Part shown: in pieces, positions 16,710 to 25,035 of the stretch
How positions within the stretch are numbered: the first letter of the stretch is position 1
How the letters are laid out: each line of letters begins with the position of its first letter
IMG/VR virus record: IMGVR_UViG_3300027819_000003
Coordinates: 1 to 38,373 of that record
DNA from: a virus
Taxonomy: Duplodnaviria; Caudoviricetes
Strand: one strand, 5' to 3'
Length of the DNA: 38,373 nucleotides
Made by a program: the position numbers and the translations under genes
The notes under the pieces: model-generated
Databases searched by the model: none
Seen by the model: the letters and a program-made list of their open reading frames with translations, nothing else
What the model was told of the DNA's origin: nothing

Positions 16710-16790
16710 GGAAGGTGTACTCCTTTCGTGCCACCCCTCAGGACGTTAGTAGCGTCGCTGAGGCTATTTGTATTTGTAGGTATTATACCA
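16710..16790 (-). promoter_or_regulatory. Extended -10 promoter plus structured RNA leader of HNH1
   Basis: TGgTATAAT; CCUCAG-C-GACG-CUACUAA-CGUC-CUGAGG hairpin; GUGGCAC; AAAGGAG. Confidence 0.75.
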
Positions 16791-18175
16791 TGACGAAGTT
16801 TCGCGTACTATCTGGCGGATTGCCATATAGAAATCAGGTTGGGGTTAGTCAGCGCTATGGAAACCCCGATGCTAGATATTCTAAGGGATATAATCAGGGT
16901 GAAGATTATCCCTTTGCAGAAGGTACTCCTATACCCTTTGAATATAGTGGCAGAGTTATAGATGTTGGGAATCATCCGCAATGGGGTACATACGTCACAG
17001 TTCGTGATGATAATGGATATAGTCAGCAGTACAGCCATTTATCGGAAGTCAACGTAAGCGTAGGGGATCGAGTCGAGGAAGGCCAGACAGGCATTAAGTC
17101 TGGCAGCACGGGGTGGGTAACAGGCCCTCATCTCGATTACACAGTTAGAGACCCCGACGGCAACGACATTGACCCTCAGAGCTACGAGGGAGAGGACGAT
17201 GACGATATGCAGCAGATTATTCCAGGTGACACAGGTGACGCCGATAGAGGGTATAGCGGCTTACCGGACGAAGAGCCGGAGGTTATACCAGGCAGCGGCG
17301 GCATTGTTGGCATACCCGTTACAGCGCCGGACGGCACGATACTGGGCTGGAACGTTGTGGAGACGGAGGCCGTGCCCGAAGCGGGACTTCCGGCCAAATA
17401 CAAGTTCATCCCGGCACCAAAGGCCACAGCCGGCTCCCAGCCACGTTCGGCCTCGGCGCTTGCCAAGCTGGATGATAGCCATACTAGAGAGGTGGATGCT
17501 CATGAATATGAGTACCGGCAGGGCCGCGATGCCATAAACGATGAGCGATACAAGGAAGAGAGAGACTACAACAGAGCGATAGATGAAGGCCGCTATGCCG
17601 ATGCTCAGGCTATCAAAGAGCGCATCACGGCATTACAGGAAAAACAGCAGCAATTAGATGAGGACTTCAGGCGCTTTAAGACCACGCTCGATGAACAGTA
17701 CCGCAGGGATACGCTGAAGCTACAGGCTGAGTTAGGCTATGCCTACTCTCGCCGCCAGGATGTGTCTCTGGGGTTACAGCGGCAGAATCAAGCCTTCAAC
17801 CAGGAACAGACGCAGATAGAGAACGCCAGAGCCACGGCCAGCAGGCCAAGCTCATATCTGGAATACGCCTTTACAACGGCTGGCGTGAAGCCGCCGCCGG
17901 GTACCAGACTGGCAGATGTTATGGCACGGATAAAGCCCACGCCGGGAGTAGAGGACTATCTCAACCAGCAGTTCGGACAGCCTGCACCAGGGGCCACCAC
18001 AGGCCCACCAGCCAATGTTGTTGGCGGGAATGGCCCATCACTAGGGCCGAGCGCAGGACCTAGCCTGGGGCCGTCTCTAGGGCCTTCTGCAGGACCTTCG
18101 TTAGGCCCGCCGGCGCAGTATGACGAAGCATCTATTATCCAGGAGTTAGAGCAGATACGCCGAGGAGGTGTGTAA
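16790..18175 (+). CDS. Putative internal virion protein with N-terminal degenerate M23/LytM domain, coiled coil and GPS(L/A) repeats
   Basis: YSHLSEVNVSVGDRVEEGQ...SGSTGWVTGPHLDY; start uncertain. Confidence 0.8.
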   Translation: MTKFRVLSGGLPYRNQVGVSQRYGNPDARYSKGYNQGEDYPFAEGTPIPFEYSGRVIDVGNHPQWGTYVTVRDDNGYSQQYSHLSEVNVSVGDRVEEGQTGIKSGSTGWVTGPHLDYTVRDPDGNDIDPQSYEGEDDDDMQQIIPGDTGDADRGYSGLPDEEPEVIPGSGGIVGIPVTAPDGTILGWNVVETEAVPEAGLPAKYKFIPAPKATAGSQPRSASALAKLDDSHTREVDAHEYEYRQGRDAINDERYKEERDYNRAIDEGRYADAQAIKERITALQEKQQQLDEDFRRFKTTLDEQYRRDTLKLQAELGYAYSRRQDVSLGLQRQNQAFNQEQTQIENARATASRPSSYLEYAFTTAGVKPPPGTRLADVMARIKPTPGVEDYLNQQFGQPAPGATTGPPANVVGGNGPSLGPSAGPSLGPSLGPSAGPSLGPPAQYDEASIIQELEQIRRGGV

Positions 18176-19035
18176 TGCCGCCAGTGGTTAGTGGAGGGTT
18201 TGCATATTACAGCGACCCCGCAGAGTTCAAAGCAGCGTTCGACGCATATCAGGGAGGCGGCCCATACCCTGCGTATAAACCCGCAGCGCCTACCGCTCCA
18301 TCCGCGAATGATATTCTGCTGGGCGCAGCGCAGCCAGGTATGATAGCGCCCGGATTCACCGGAGCCGGTAAGCCTGTAACCGACACCGGCGCATACGATG
18401 ATAATTACTACAGGCCACCATCCTCGACCGTGAGCGTGCAACCCGTTGGTAAGTCTAGCGGCGGCAGGTACGGCGATGCGCCACAGTTCGGAGGCAGGCC
18501 CATCTCCGCGCAGGTCGGCGAGCGTCCTTTCTGGATGAACTACAGCAATGACGAGTTGATGAAGCTCTCGCCGCAGGCCCTTGCATCTCTGCCGCCTGAA
18601 GCCTTTGCCACGATGCCTAACGACGTATTCGTGAATAACCCCGGACTCCTGCAGAAACTGACACCTGAACAGATACAGGCCAGAGGGTTCGGGCTGGACT
18701 TCCAATATCAGCAGGGCATAGGAGAGTACAGACCGCAGGAAGGTGGCATACCGACCTACCAGCAGCTACAGGGAAGCGGAGTCGTACCGCCGAGGGTACA
18801 GACCGCGCTGGCTCCCATGCAGCCGGGGCAACGGGGAGTCTCGCCATACGCCGTGAGCTACGAAAGCGCGGGTATCCGCAGACCATCATCGCAAACATAC
18901 GGAGCGATGAACCCAACTGACCGAGAGGCGACAATGGCAACATTCCAGGGCGTGGGACTAGAGCCTGCCGATGTGCTTGGAGACATCAACCGCAGTCAGG
19001 GATCGCAGATGCGGAGTGTCACGAGAGTGGGGTAA
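18175..19035 (+). CDS. Putative internal virion/ejection protein
   Basis: P/G/Q-rich; coupled (TAATG); position. Confidence 0.6.
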   Translation: MPPVVSGGFAYYSDPAEFKAAFDAYQGGGPYPAYKPAAPTAPSANDILLGAAQPGMIAPGFTGAGKPVTDTGAYDDNYYRPPSSTVSVQPVGKSSGGRYGDAPQFGGRPISAQVGERPFWMNYSNDELMKLSPQALASLPPEAFATMPNDVFVNNPGLLQKLTPEQIQARGFGLDFQYQQGIGEYRPQEGGIPTYQQLQGSGVVPPRVQTALAPMQPGQRGVSPYAVSYESAGIRRPSSQTYGAMNPTDREATMATFQGVGLEPADVLGDINRSQGSQMRSVTRVG

Positions 19036-19036
19036 T

Positions 19037-19327
19037 GTGCATATACCGAAGCACGTAGTCATTGGAGGGATGACCTACCAAGTGGAAAGTGTGCCCACTT
19101 TAGCGGGGGAGGATGGCCGTATGCTCTTTGGGCAGTGCGTCAATAGCCAAAATCTTATACAAATCCACGGGGGGATAGCGCCGGATGCGCAAGAGCATAC
19201 CTTCTTCCATGAGCTTTTACACGCCATTGTCAATGTGTACGAGTTGAAAAACGACACAGAGGAATTGGTGGTCACGCGATTCGCCACAGTTCTGTATGAT
19301 ACCCTCAAGAGAAATGGTATTATCTGA
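19037..19327 (+). CDS. Small HExxH zincin-like metallopeptidase
   Basis: HTFFHELLHAI followed by EELVV. Confidence 0.8.
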   Translation: MHIPKHVVIGGMTYQVESVPTLAGEDGRMLFGQCVNSQNLIQIHGGIAPDAQEHTFFHELLHAIVNVYELKNDTEELVVTRFATVLYDTLKRNGII

Positions 19328-22300
19328 TGCCCATAGCCCGACAGGTAGGTCCTTCAGTCAGGCCACGCAACTGGCAATACATCCCGGAGACGGGCACATT
19401 TCTCGATCTCGATACGGGTGAGGAAGTGGAGGCCAGCGGCAGTCCTGTAGCCACGCCCACAATCGAGGTAACAGACTTCGAGCCGGGAACACCTGCGGAG
19501 ATGGACCCCATGACATCCTTCACGCCGGGGACTGATCCTGCACGTTACGATGAGATGGAGCCTGTTCCCGATGAGAGTGCACTGGAGCCGTTCATCATGC
19601 CATCACGGGCGCCACAGACGCCCTTTGAGCCACCGGAGACTGGACTAGACCGCTTCCTTACGGGAGCGCCGCAGCCTAGCAATCTTGTAAACGACTTTCT
19701 CACAGACTCACCAGGGACTACCAGGCGCCCTGTCTATTCGCAGGACGTCTTTCTCGACAGCAGACAGCCCGCTCTATCCGATCTCATTAAGCAGGGAGGT
19801 GGTTCTAATGCGCTTATCCAGCCTGCACAGGTGGGCGAGGAAGAAGTACCCGCGAAGTCCAGACTAGAGCGTGCCGGCGATATTGCCATGACTCTGTTGG
19901 AGAACCCCCTAGCCGAGGCCGTCGGCACGACACCCGCGCTACAGACCGGACGCAGTCTTGTGCGTGGTGCGAAAGCATTAGGCGAAATAGCGGAAGAAGC
20001 GCCGGACGTAGCACGCAGGCTGGCGAGAGAGGAAGCGGGCGAGTTATCGCTTGGGGATATTGACGACGAAATAAACCGTCTATACCGGCAGATGGACAGA
20101 CTACAGAATGAGGGCGCTCCCGAAGAACAGATAGACGCACTCCTAGACCAGATGGCGGCGCTCGATAAGGTCAAGGACGACCTGGGATATACCAGATCAT
20201 TAGTGCCGGAGCAGATGCAGGCGGAGGACATTCAGCAGGAGATTCTCGGCTTAGAAGATACTCTCAAGAACAGCAAGGTGGCAAAGCACAAGAACCTAAT
20301 AGCTAAGACGGGTGAGTATGTTGTGCCGCCGACTCCCATAGAGCCAAAGCCCGATGGCAATGGGTTTCAGTATAGCGTGACCAAGAGCCTGGACGAAGCT
20401 GGCGTATTCCCCCCAAACACAGTTGAAGTGCCGAGATACTATGCCGAGCAGCGCAACCTCCAAGACCTTTATGATACACAGAGAGCGGTTATAGCGGCTG
20501 AGGGCGACGTTACGCAGTCCGTGAGGCGTCTTACCGACGTGGCCCGTTGGGGCGAGGAAGAAGCGGCTCAATCGGCCATTGTCATGAAACAGCTTGCCGT
20601 TGACGGCGACGTTGCCATGATGCAGATGTTTGCTGAGGTTATGGATCAGCAGGGACTTATGATGGGCCGAGGCGTGCAGGCGTGGGCTGCTATCAAGAAG
20701 CTGTCGCCGGAAGGTATCGTTAGCACCATCGACAAGGTGGTTGATAAAGCAGTCACAGCGAAGGGCGAAAAGAAGATTAGCAAGCAGGTCGAAAAGGTCC
20801 AGGAGGACGTACTGACTCGACAGGCCAAAGAGAACAAGAAGACAGAGCTTGCGAAGGTTGACGCCGTGCGCAAGGTGAGCAAGACTGCTGAAGCCGCAGT
20901 CCGGAAGATGATAGTCAACAAGAAGCCCGTCACGCTCAAGACCTTTGCGGATTCCCTCATGGCGATGATAGGCGACGAGGGCGGCGCTGTAAGACTCAGC
21001 CAGGGCGTTGATATACCTCAGGACGTTCTGGAATCATTCGCCAAGCGAGCGCAGGATATAGCGGGCATGGAAGCGGGTGATGCCAGACTAGCGGCTAAGG
21101 AAGCTCTGAAACGCGAGCTTGAGAGCTTCGGCGTGGAGTATGCAGCGGCGGCAGAGGCTAAGAACCTAGCCGCAACCGAAGCTGCCAGAGCGGCAGCGCT
21201 GGCACGCAATAGAGCTAATGCTATCTACCGACAGCAAGTAAAGGGCGAGCTAGCGGCTGATGTGAACGCCACCAACCGGTCGGCTATGCTGTCGATGGCC
21301 GAGAATAAAGCCAAGCTCAAGGCCGAGGCCAGAGAAGCAGCTAAGACCGCAGCGGAGAGCGAGAAGGCTTTACAGACATATAGAGCGCGAACCGCTGAGG
21401 AATACCGTAGAGCGCGAACCGCCGAGACAAAAGCCACACTCAAGGCCATGAGACAGGCTGAGGAAGACGCATTGGCGGCAGACGCCAAGATAGCTCGCAC
21501 TCAAGCCAACGACCTGGCGAAACAGGAAAGAGCGGCAGCTAGGCAGACCGCTAAGGAGTATAGAGCAAGGCTTAAAGAAGCTGAAGAGGCCGAACTAAAG
21601 AGGCTTGCGCCCATAGTCAAAGAGGAAAAGCAGCGCCTTGCGGACGTGAGCTATCTAACCGACAAAGAGGCCAGGATAGCTAAGGAGCGCATCATCTCCG
21701 CTGAACGCGAGGCGATTACAAAGGCCAGAACGTTCAGCCGCTTAGGCGACAAGGTCACAACCATAGAGCTTGCAGAGAGCTTTATAGACCGCGCTAAGGC
21801 GTTGAGCCAGCTTGTCGAGGGCACACCTGAGCATTACATAGCGTCACGAGCCATCATGCACGATATAGCCAGCCTGTTCCCCGCTTCCAAGTGGGATACC
21901 GCGCTGGGCATACTCAATATTCCGAGGGCGCTCAAAACGTCCTTTGACTTTTCAATGCCCTTAAGGCAGGGTATGCTGGCAATCGGCAGTCCCGCATGGC
22001 GCAACGCCTGGGGGCCGATGTTCAAAGCGGCGTGGTCTGAGCAAGACTTCATCCGCATGGATGCAGTTATTCACACCAGGCCACTGGCGAAACGGTCAGA
22101 CGATGCTGGGCTATTTATGTCAGAGCTAGACGGAGCATTGAACAAGCATGAGGGCGACTTTGCCAAGAACGCTTTGGGCGTACTCACAAGACCGTCCGAG
22201 CGCAACGCCACGATGTTCCTGAATAAGCTCAGGTCGGATATGTACGATGGCATGGTGAATCAGATAGAGGGATGGGGCGCAAAGCTCACGCCGCAGGATG

Positions 22301-23862
22301 ATAAGGATATAGCTCAGTACATCAACTGGGTTACCGGACGTGGCAGTCTTGGCGATATAGACCGCTCGCGTTTGGGCAACACGATTATGAATAATACTTT
22401 CTTTGCAGCCCGTAACTGGGCGTCCAGGCTACAGGCGCCGATGGCGGCGGGTAAGGCGTTTGCAAGCCTAGCGCCTGGCTCCCAGAAGCTGCCATTTGCC
22501 TACAGCAGGCCCGTTGCAGTAGCGATTGCAACCGAGTGGTCTAAGAGCATAGCTCTTATTAGCTCTATGCTGGCAATGGCCAAGCTGTCGAGTTTCGATG
22601 TGGAGATGGATCCGCGCAGCAGTGAATGGGGCAAGATAAAAGGCCCCGGCGGTATCCATATAGACCTGTTAGGCGGCGAGGCGCAAAACGTACGCTATCT
22701 GGCGCAGATAGCTTTGGGGCAGTCCAAGAGCGCAGCGGGCAATATTACCAACATAGATAGGACAGAGATGTTGGGCAGGCTCATTCGCTCCAAGCTGGCC
22801 CCGATTGCGGGTACGGGATGGAACCTATGGTCCGGCAGTGACTTCATGGGCAAGCCCAATACACCGATGGGAGTGACGGAAAGCCTGCTGGCCCCGATGA
22901 TTCTGTCCGAGCTAAAGCCTGCTTATGACGGAGCGGGCTATGTGGGAGTGGGCGCGACCGCGGCCATGTCAAACTTTGGTATAGGCGTCAACGTCTATAA
23001 GTCCACCAGAGATGTACAGGATGAGCAGTCCAACAAGCTCTTTGCAGGCAAGAACTATGACGACCTTGACCAGAGCCAGAAGAACGCTGTGGACGCCACG
23101 CCTGAGGTCTCGACGGCCTTTGCAGAGATAGACAAGTCTTATGTCATGTCTCAGGGCGATGCAACAAGCGCCGCAAGTGACTTCTACAAGTCGGGGAAGG
23201 CTACGCTTGAGGCTGAGTTTGCAGGCCGATTCCCTTACCTAGAAGGCAAGGATAAGCTGGAGGCGGTGCAAGAGCTTCTAACCCGTAACAGGCAGAACGG
23301 GCAAACCACATGGGGAAGTGCGTTGCTGGCAGAACGTGACAAGAAGCCGTTTACCGACATGAAGGACATACTAGCAGACTTATATTTGAGTACGCAGCCT
23401 AAGATGGTCGAGGGCGAGCCTGACTTCGAGACTCAGCGGATTGAGAGAGAGAAGATATTGCAGGACGCCAGGCAGAGGGGCATTGACACAAACTATATTA
23501 CCGGTACCGGCGAAGGGACGTTCCGCAAGAAGCAATGGAGCGATCCGGTCGTCGCAAGGGTGATGGACGAATACTACGCAGCGCAGGTGACACTGAAGCC
23601 GTATTGGGAAGTGGGCGACAAATGGCTAGAGCGTTTCCCTGCTGCCAAGCCTGCAATCTCACAGATAACAGACTTGAAAGAGGGAGACCCTGAGCGCAAG
23701 AAGCTGGAAACGAAGTATGGGGGCTTCTGGGATGCATATCGCGCAGCGGTTAAAAGGGACAGGGCGCGGTTGCGTATCGCCAACAAGGCAGTGCAGGAGG
23801 CAGGGCAAGCCTTTGGTTACGTCGGGCCTATCACGCAGTCTGTCAGGGAGAGTGCACGATGA
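19327..23862 (+). CDS. Large internal virion (DNA-ejection/polyvalent-type) protein, 1511 aa
   Basis: Acidic Pro-rich N-terminus, Ala/Glu/Lys/Arg coiled coil, C-terminal DFSMPLRQG and DPRSSEWGKIK segments. Confidence 0.7.
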   Translation: MPIARQVGPSVRPRNWQYIPETGTFLDLDTGEEVEASGSPVATPTIEVTDFEPGTPAEMDPMTSFTPGTDPARYDEMEPVPDESALEPFIMPSRAPQTPFEPPETGLDRFLTGAPQPSNLVNDFLTDSPGTTRRPVYSQDVFLDSRQPALSDLIKQGGGSNALIQPAQVGEEEVPAKSRLERAGDIAMTLLENPLAEAVGTTPALQTGRSLVRGAKALGEIAEEAPDVARRLAREEAGELSLGDIDDEINRLYRQMDRLQNEGAPEEQIDALLDQMAALDKVKDDLGYTRSLVPEQMQAEDIQQEILGLEDTLKNSKVAKHKNLIAKTGEYVVPPTPIEPKPDGNGFQYSVTKSLDEAGVFPPNTVEVPRYYAEQRNLQDLYDTQRAVIAAEGDVTQSVRRLTDVARWGEEEAAQSAIVMKQLAVDGDVAMMQMFAEVMDQQGLMMGRGVQAWAAIKKLSPEGIVSTIDKVVDKAVTAKGEKKISKQVEKVQEDVLTRQAKENKKTELAKVDAVRKVSKTAEAAVRKMIVNKKPVTLKTFADSLMAMIGDEGGAVRLSQGVDIPQDVLESFAKRAQDIAGMEAGDARLAAKEALKRELESFGVEYAAAAEAKNLAATEAARAAALARNRANAIYRQQVKGELAADVNATNRSAMLSMAENKAKLKAEAREAAKTAAESEKALQTYRARTAEEYRRARTAETKATLKAMRQAEEDALAADAKIARTQANDLAKQERAAARQTAKEYRARLKEAEEAELKRLAPIVKEEKQRLADVSYLTDKEARIAKERIISAEREAITKARTFSRLGDKVTTIELAESFIDRAKALSQLVEGTPEHYIASRAIMHDIASLFPASKWDTALGILNIPRALKTSFDFSMPLRQGMLAIGSPAWRNAWGPMFKAAWSEQDFIRMDAVIHTRPLAKRSDDAGLFMSELDGALNKHEGDFAKNALGVLTRPSERNATMFLNKLRSDMYDGMVNQIEGWGAKLTPQDDKDIAQYINWVTGRGSLGDIDRSRLGNTIMNNTFFAARNWASRLQAPMAAGKAFASLAPGSQKLPFAYSRPVAVAIATEWSKSIALISSMLAMAKLSSFDVEMDPRSSEWGKIKGPGGIHIDLLGGEAQNVRYLAQIALGQSKSAAGNITNIDRTEMLGRLIRSKLAPIAGTGWNLWSGSDFMGKPNTPMGVTESLLAPMILSELKPAYDGAGYVGVGATAAMSNFGIGVNVYKSTRDVQDEQSNKLFAGKNYDDLDQSQKNAVDATPEVSTAFAEIDKSYVMSQGDATSAASDFYKSGKATLEAEFAGRFPYLEGKDKLEAVQELLTRNRQNGQTTWGSALLAERDKKPFTDMKDILADLYLSTQPKMVEGEPDFETQRIEREKILQDARQRGIDTNYITGTGEGTFRKKQWSDPVVARVMDEYYAAQVTLKPYWEVGDKWLERFPAAKPAISQITDLKEGDPERKKLETKYGGFWDAYRAAVKRDRARLRIANKAVQEAGQAFGYVGPITQSVRESAR

Positions 23863-24050
23863 TAAGCATTCCATGCGCTTGTTGCTCACTATCTGCCTTC
23901 AAGGTTATTGGAGACTGTATCCAGGTCACGGTGAGGCATAACGGGGCATACCACACAAGTGTTGTGTCTCTAACTGAGATTCAAGACAAGATAAACAAAG
24001 CTGCTATGCAGTCTCTTCTTGACAGTAGGGAGAGGGTTATTGTAACGTAA
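23859..24050 (+). CDS. Hypothetical protein
   Basis: ATGA coupling. Confidence 0.5.
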   Translation: MISIPCACCSLSAFKVIGDCIQVTVRHNGAYHTSVVSLTEIQDKINKAAMQSLLDSRERVIVT

Positions 24051-24060
24051 TCTTAACGGT

Positions 24061-24168
24061 GGGAGTCTTGGCTGAGAGGACTAAGGCTGATACTAGATAG
24101 AAGGGTTGGCTGGCGCTAGAGAGCCTATAGCCGAGTTCCATCCGTTCGAATCGGATAGACGCCCACCA
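24061..24168 (+). ncRNA. tRNA-like RNA lacking a canonical anticodon arm
   Basis: Acceptor GGGAGTCT/AGACGCCC plus ACCA; D arm GCT-GAGAGGACTAA-GGC; T arm ATCCG-TTCGAAT-CGGAT. Confidence 0.75.
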
Positions 24169-24201
24169 AACACAACTAAATAGCAATGGTGCCGTAAGTG
24201 T

Positions 24202-24250
24202 GCCGACCTTTGCGTGTTCTTAGAACGCCGACAAAGGTCGGCTTTTTTGT
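24202..24250 (+). terminator. Intrinsic terminator or attenuator upstream of scaffold gene
   Basis: 11-bp stem GCCGACCTTTG/CAAAGGTCGGC followed by TTTTTTGT. Confidence 0.75.
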
Positions 24251-24286
24251 TGCCCAGCAATACACCCTTTAGGAGATAAAGGAGAA

Positions 24287-25003
24287 ATGGTTACAGAGAA
24301 CACAATCCAGGATGGAGTCGAAACTACACCTGAGGCCGCGCCCGATCCGGTGCTCACAGAGCTTAAGGCTATTCGTGAGAACCAGACCAAGTTAGACAAC
24401 CGTCTTGGCTATTTACAGCGCAAGATAGACAACACGCCGCAGGGGCAGAGCATTGACCCGGCCCTTTCCCGCCAGGTGGCGGAGATTCAGCGAGACCTGG
24501 CCGAACAACGGCTGTCGAGCATGACCGATGACGAGCAGATCGCCTATTACAAAAAGCAGGCGGAGGAAGCGTCCAAGAACACTCCGCCGGCGGCGATCCC
24601 TCTTTCGGACGGTAGGCTGAAGGCCATAGTCGATGACTTTTATCAGGCAGAAGTCGTGGATATCATCAACGACTATTGCCAGGATGCAGGGATTGACCTC
24701 ACGCCGGCGATGAAGAGCTATCTGGATAACCAGATACCGCTGGATATCAACCGGTATACAGGACAGCCTGATCCTACCAGCTACCTCAAGGCGGCACAGA
24801 AGTACCTGAGAGACCAGCAGAAGGCCAAGACTGAGGCGGCCACGAAGACAACCCCAGCGGAAGAGGCGGGAGCCACGCTGGGAGACGGTACGAGGTCATC
24901 CGGAGGCAGAGGCAAGGGAATGACCTGGGCACAGGCGCAGAAGATCAAGAGCGTCAATGACCTTACTGACGAAGAGTACTTCGCGATTATAAAACAGAGT
25001 TAA
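24287..25003 (+). CDS. Capsid scaffolding protein
   Basis: Acidic, coiled coil, immediately before the major capsid gene; AAGGAG RBS. Confidence 0.7.
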   Translation: MVTENTIQDGVETTPEAAPDPVLTELKAIRENQTKLDNRLGYLQRKIDNTPQGQSIDPALSRQVAEIQRDLAEQRLSSMTDDEQIAYYKKQAEEASKNTPPAAIPLSDGRLKAIVDDFYQAEVVDIINDYCQDAGIDLTPAMKSYLDNQIPLDINRYTGQPDPTSYLKAAQKYLRDQQKAKTEAATKTTPAEEAGATLGDGTRSSGGRGKGMTWAQAQKIKSVNDLTDEEYFAIIKQS

Positions 25004-25035
25004 AGCACACTCCCAAGTAAAGGAGTATCAAGTCT

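Larger units (their letters stand above)
16220..16794 (-). mobile_element. Free-standing HNH cassette 1 (promoter, RNA leader, ORF) bounded by ATGAC direct repeats
   Basis: Antisense to the operon, visibly AT-richer; ATGAC at 16220-16224 and 16790-16794. Confidence 0.7.

Noticed and set aside
16224-16790. HNH inserts as group I introns
   Set aside because: ORFs are antisense to the host operon and fill nearly the whole insert; no room for, or motifs of, an intron core
21381-21425. Short direct repeat TAGAGCGCGAACCGC x2
   Set aside because: Local duplication in a coiled-coil coding region (RARTAE twice); no other signal
24088-24125. Amber suppressor tRNA (two CTA triplets) and stop-codon recoding
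   Set aside because: Neither CTA sits in a proper anticodon stem-loop; genes are intact under code 11 and TAG ends conserved genes such as terL
24061-24250. tmRNA, Y RNA or tRNA-associated HDV-like ribozyme
   Set aside because: Too short for tmRNA with no tag ORF; not circularly permuted like YrlA; no HDV-like fold evident after CCA
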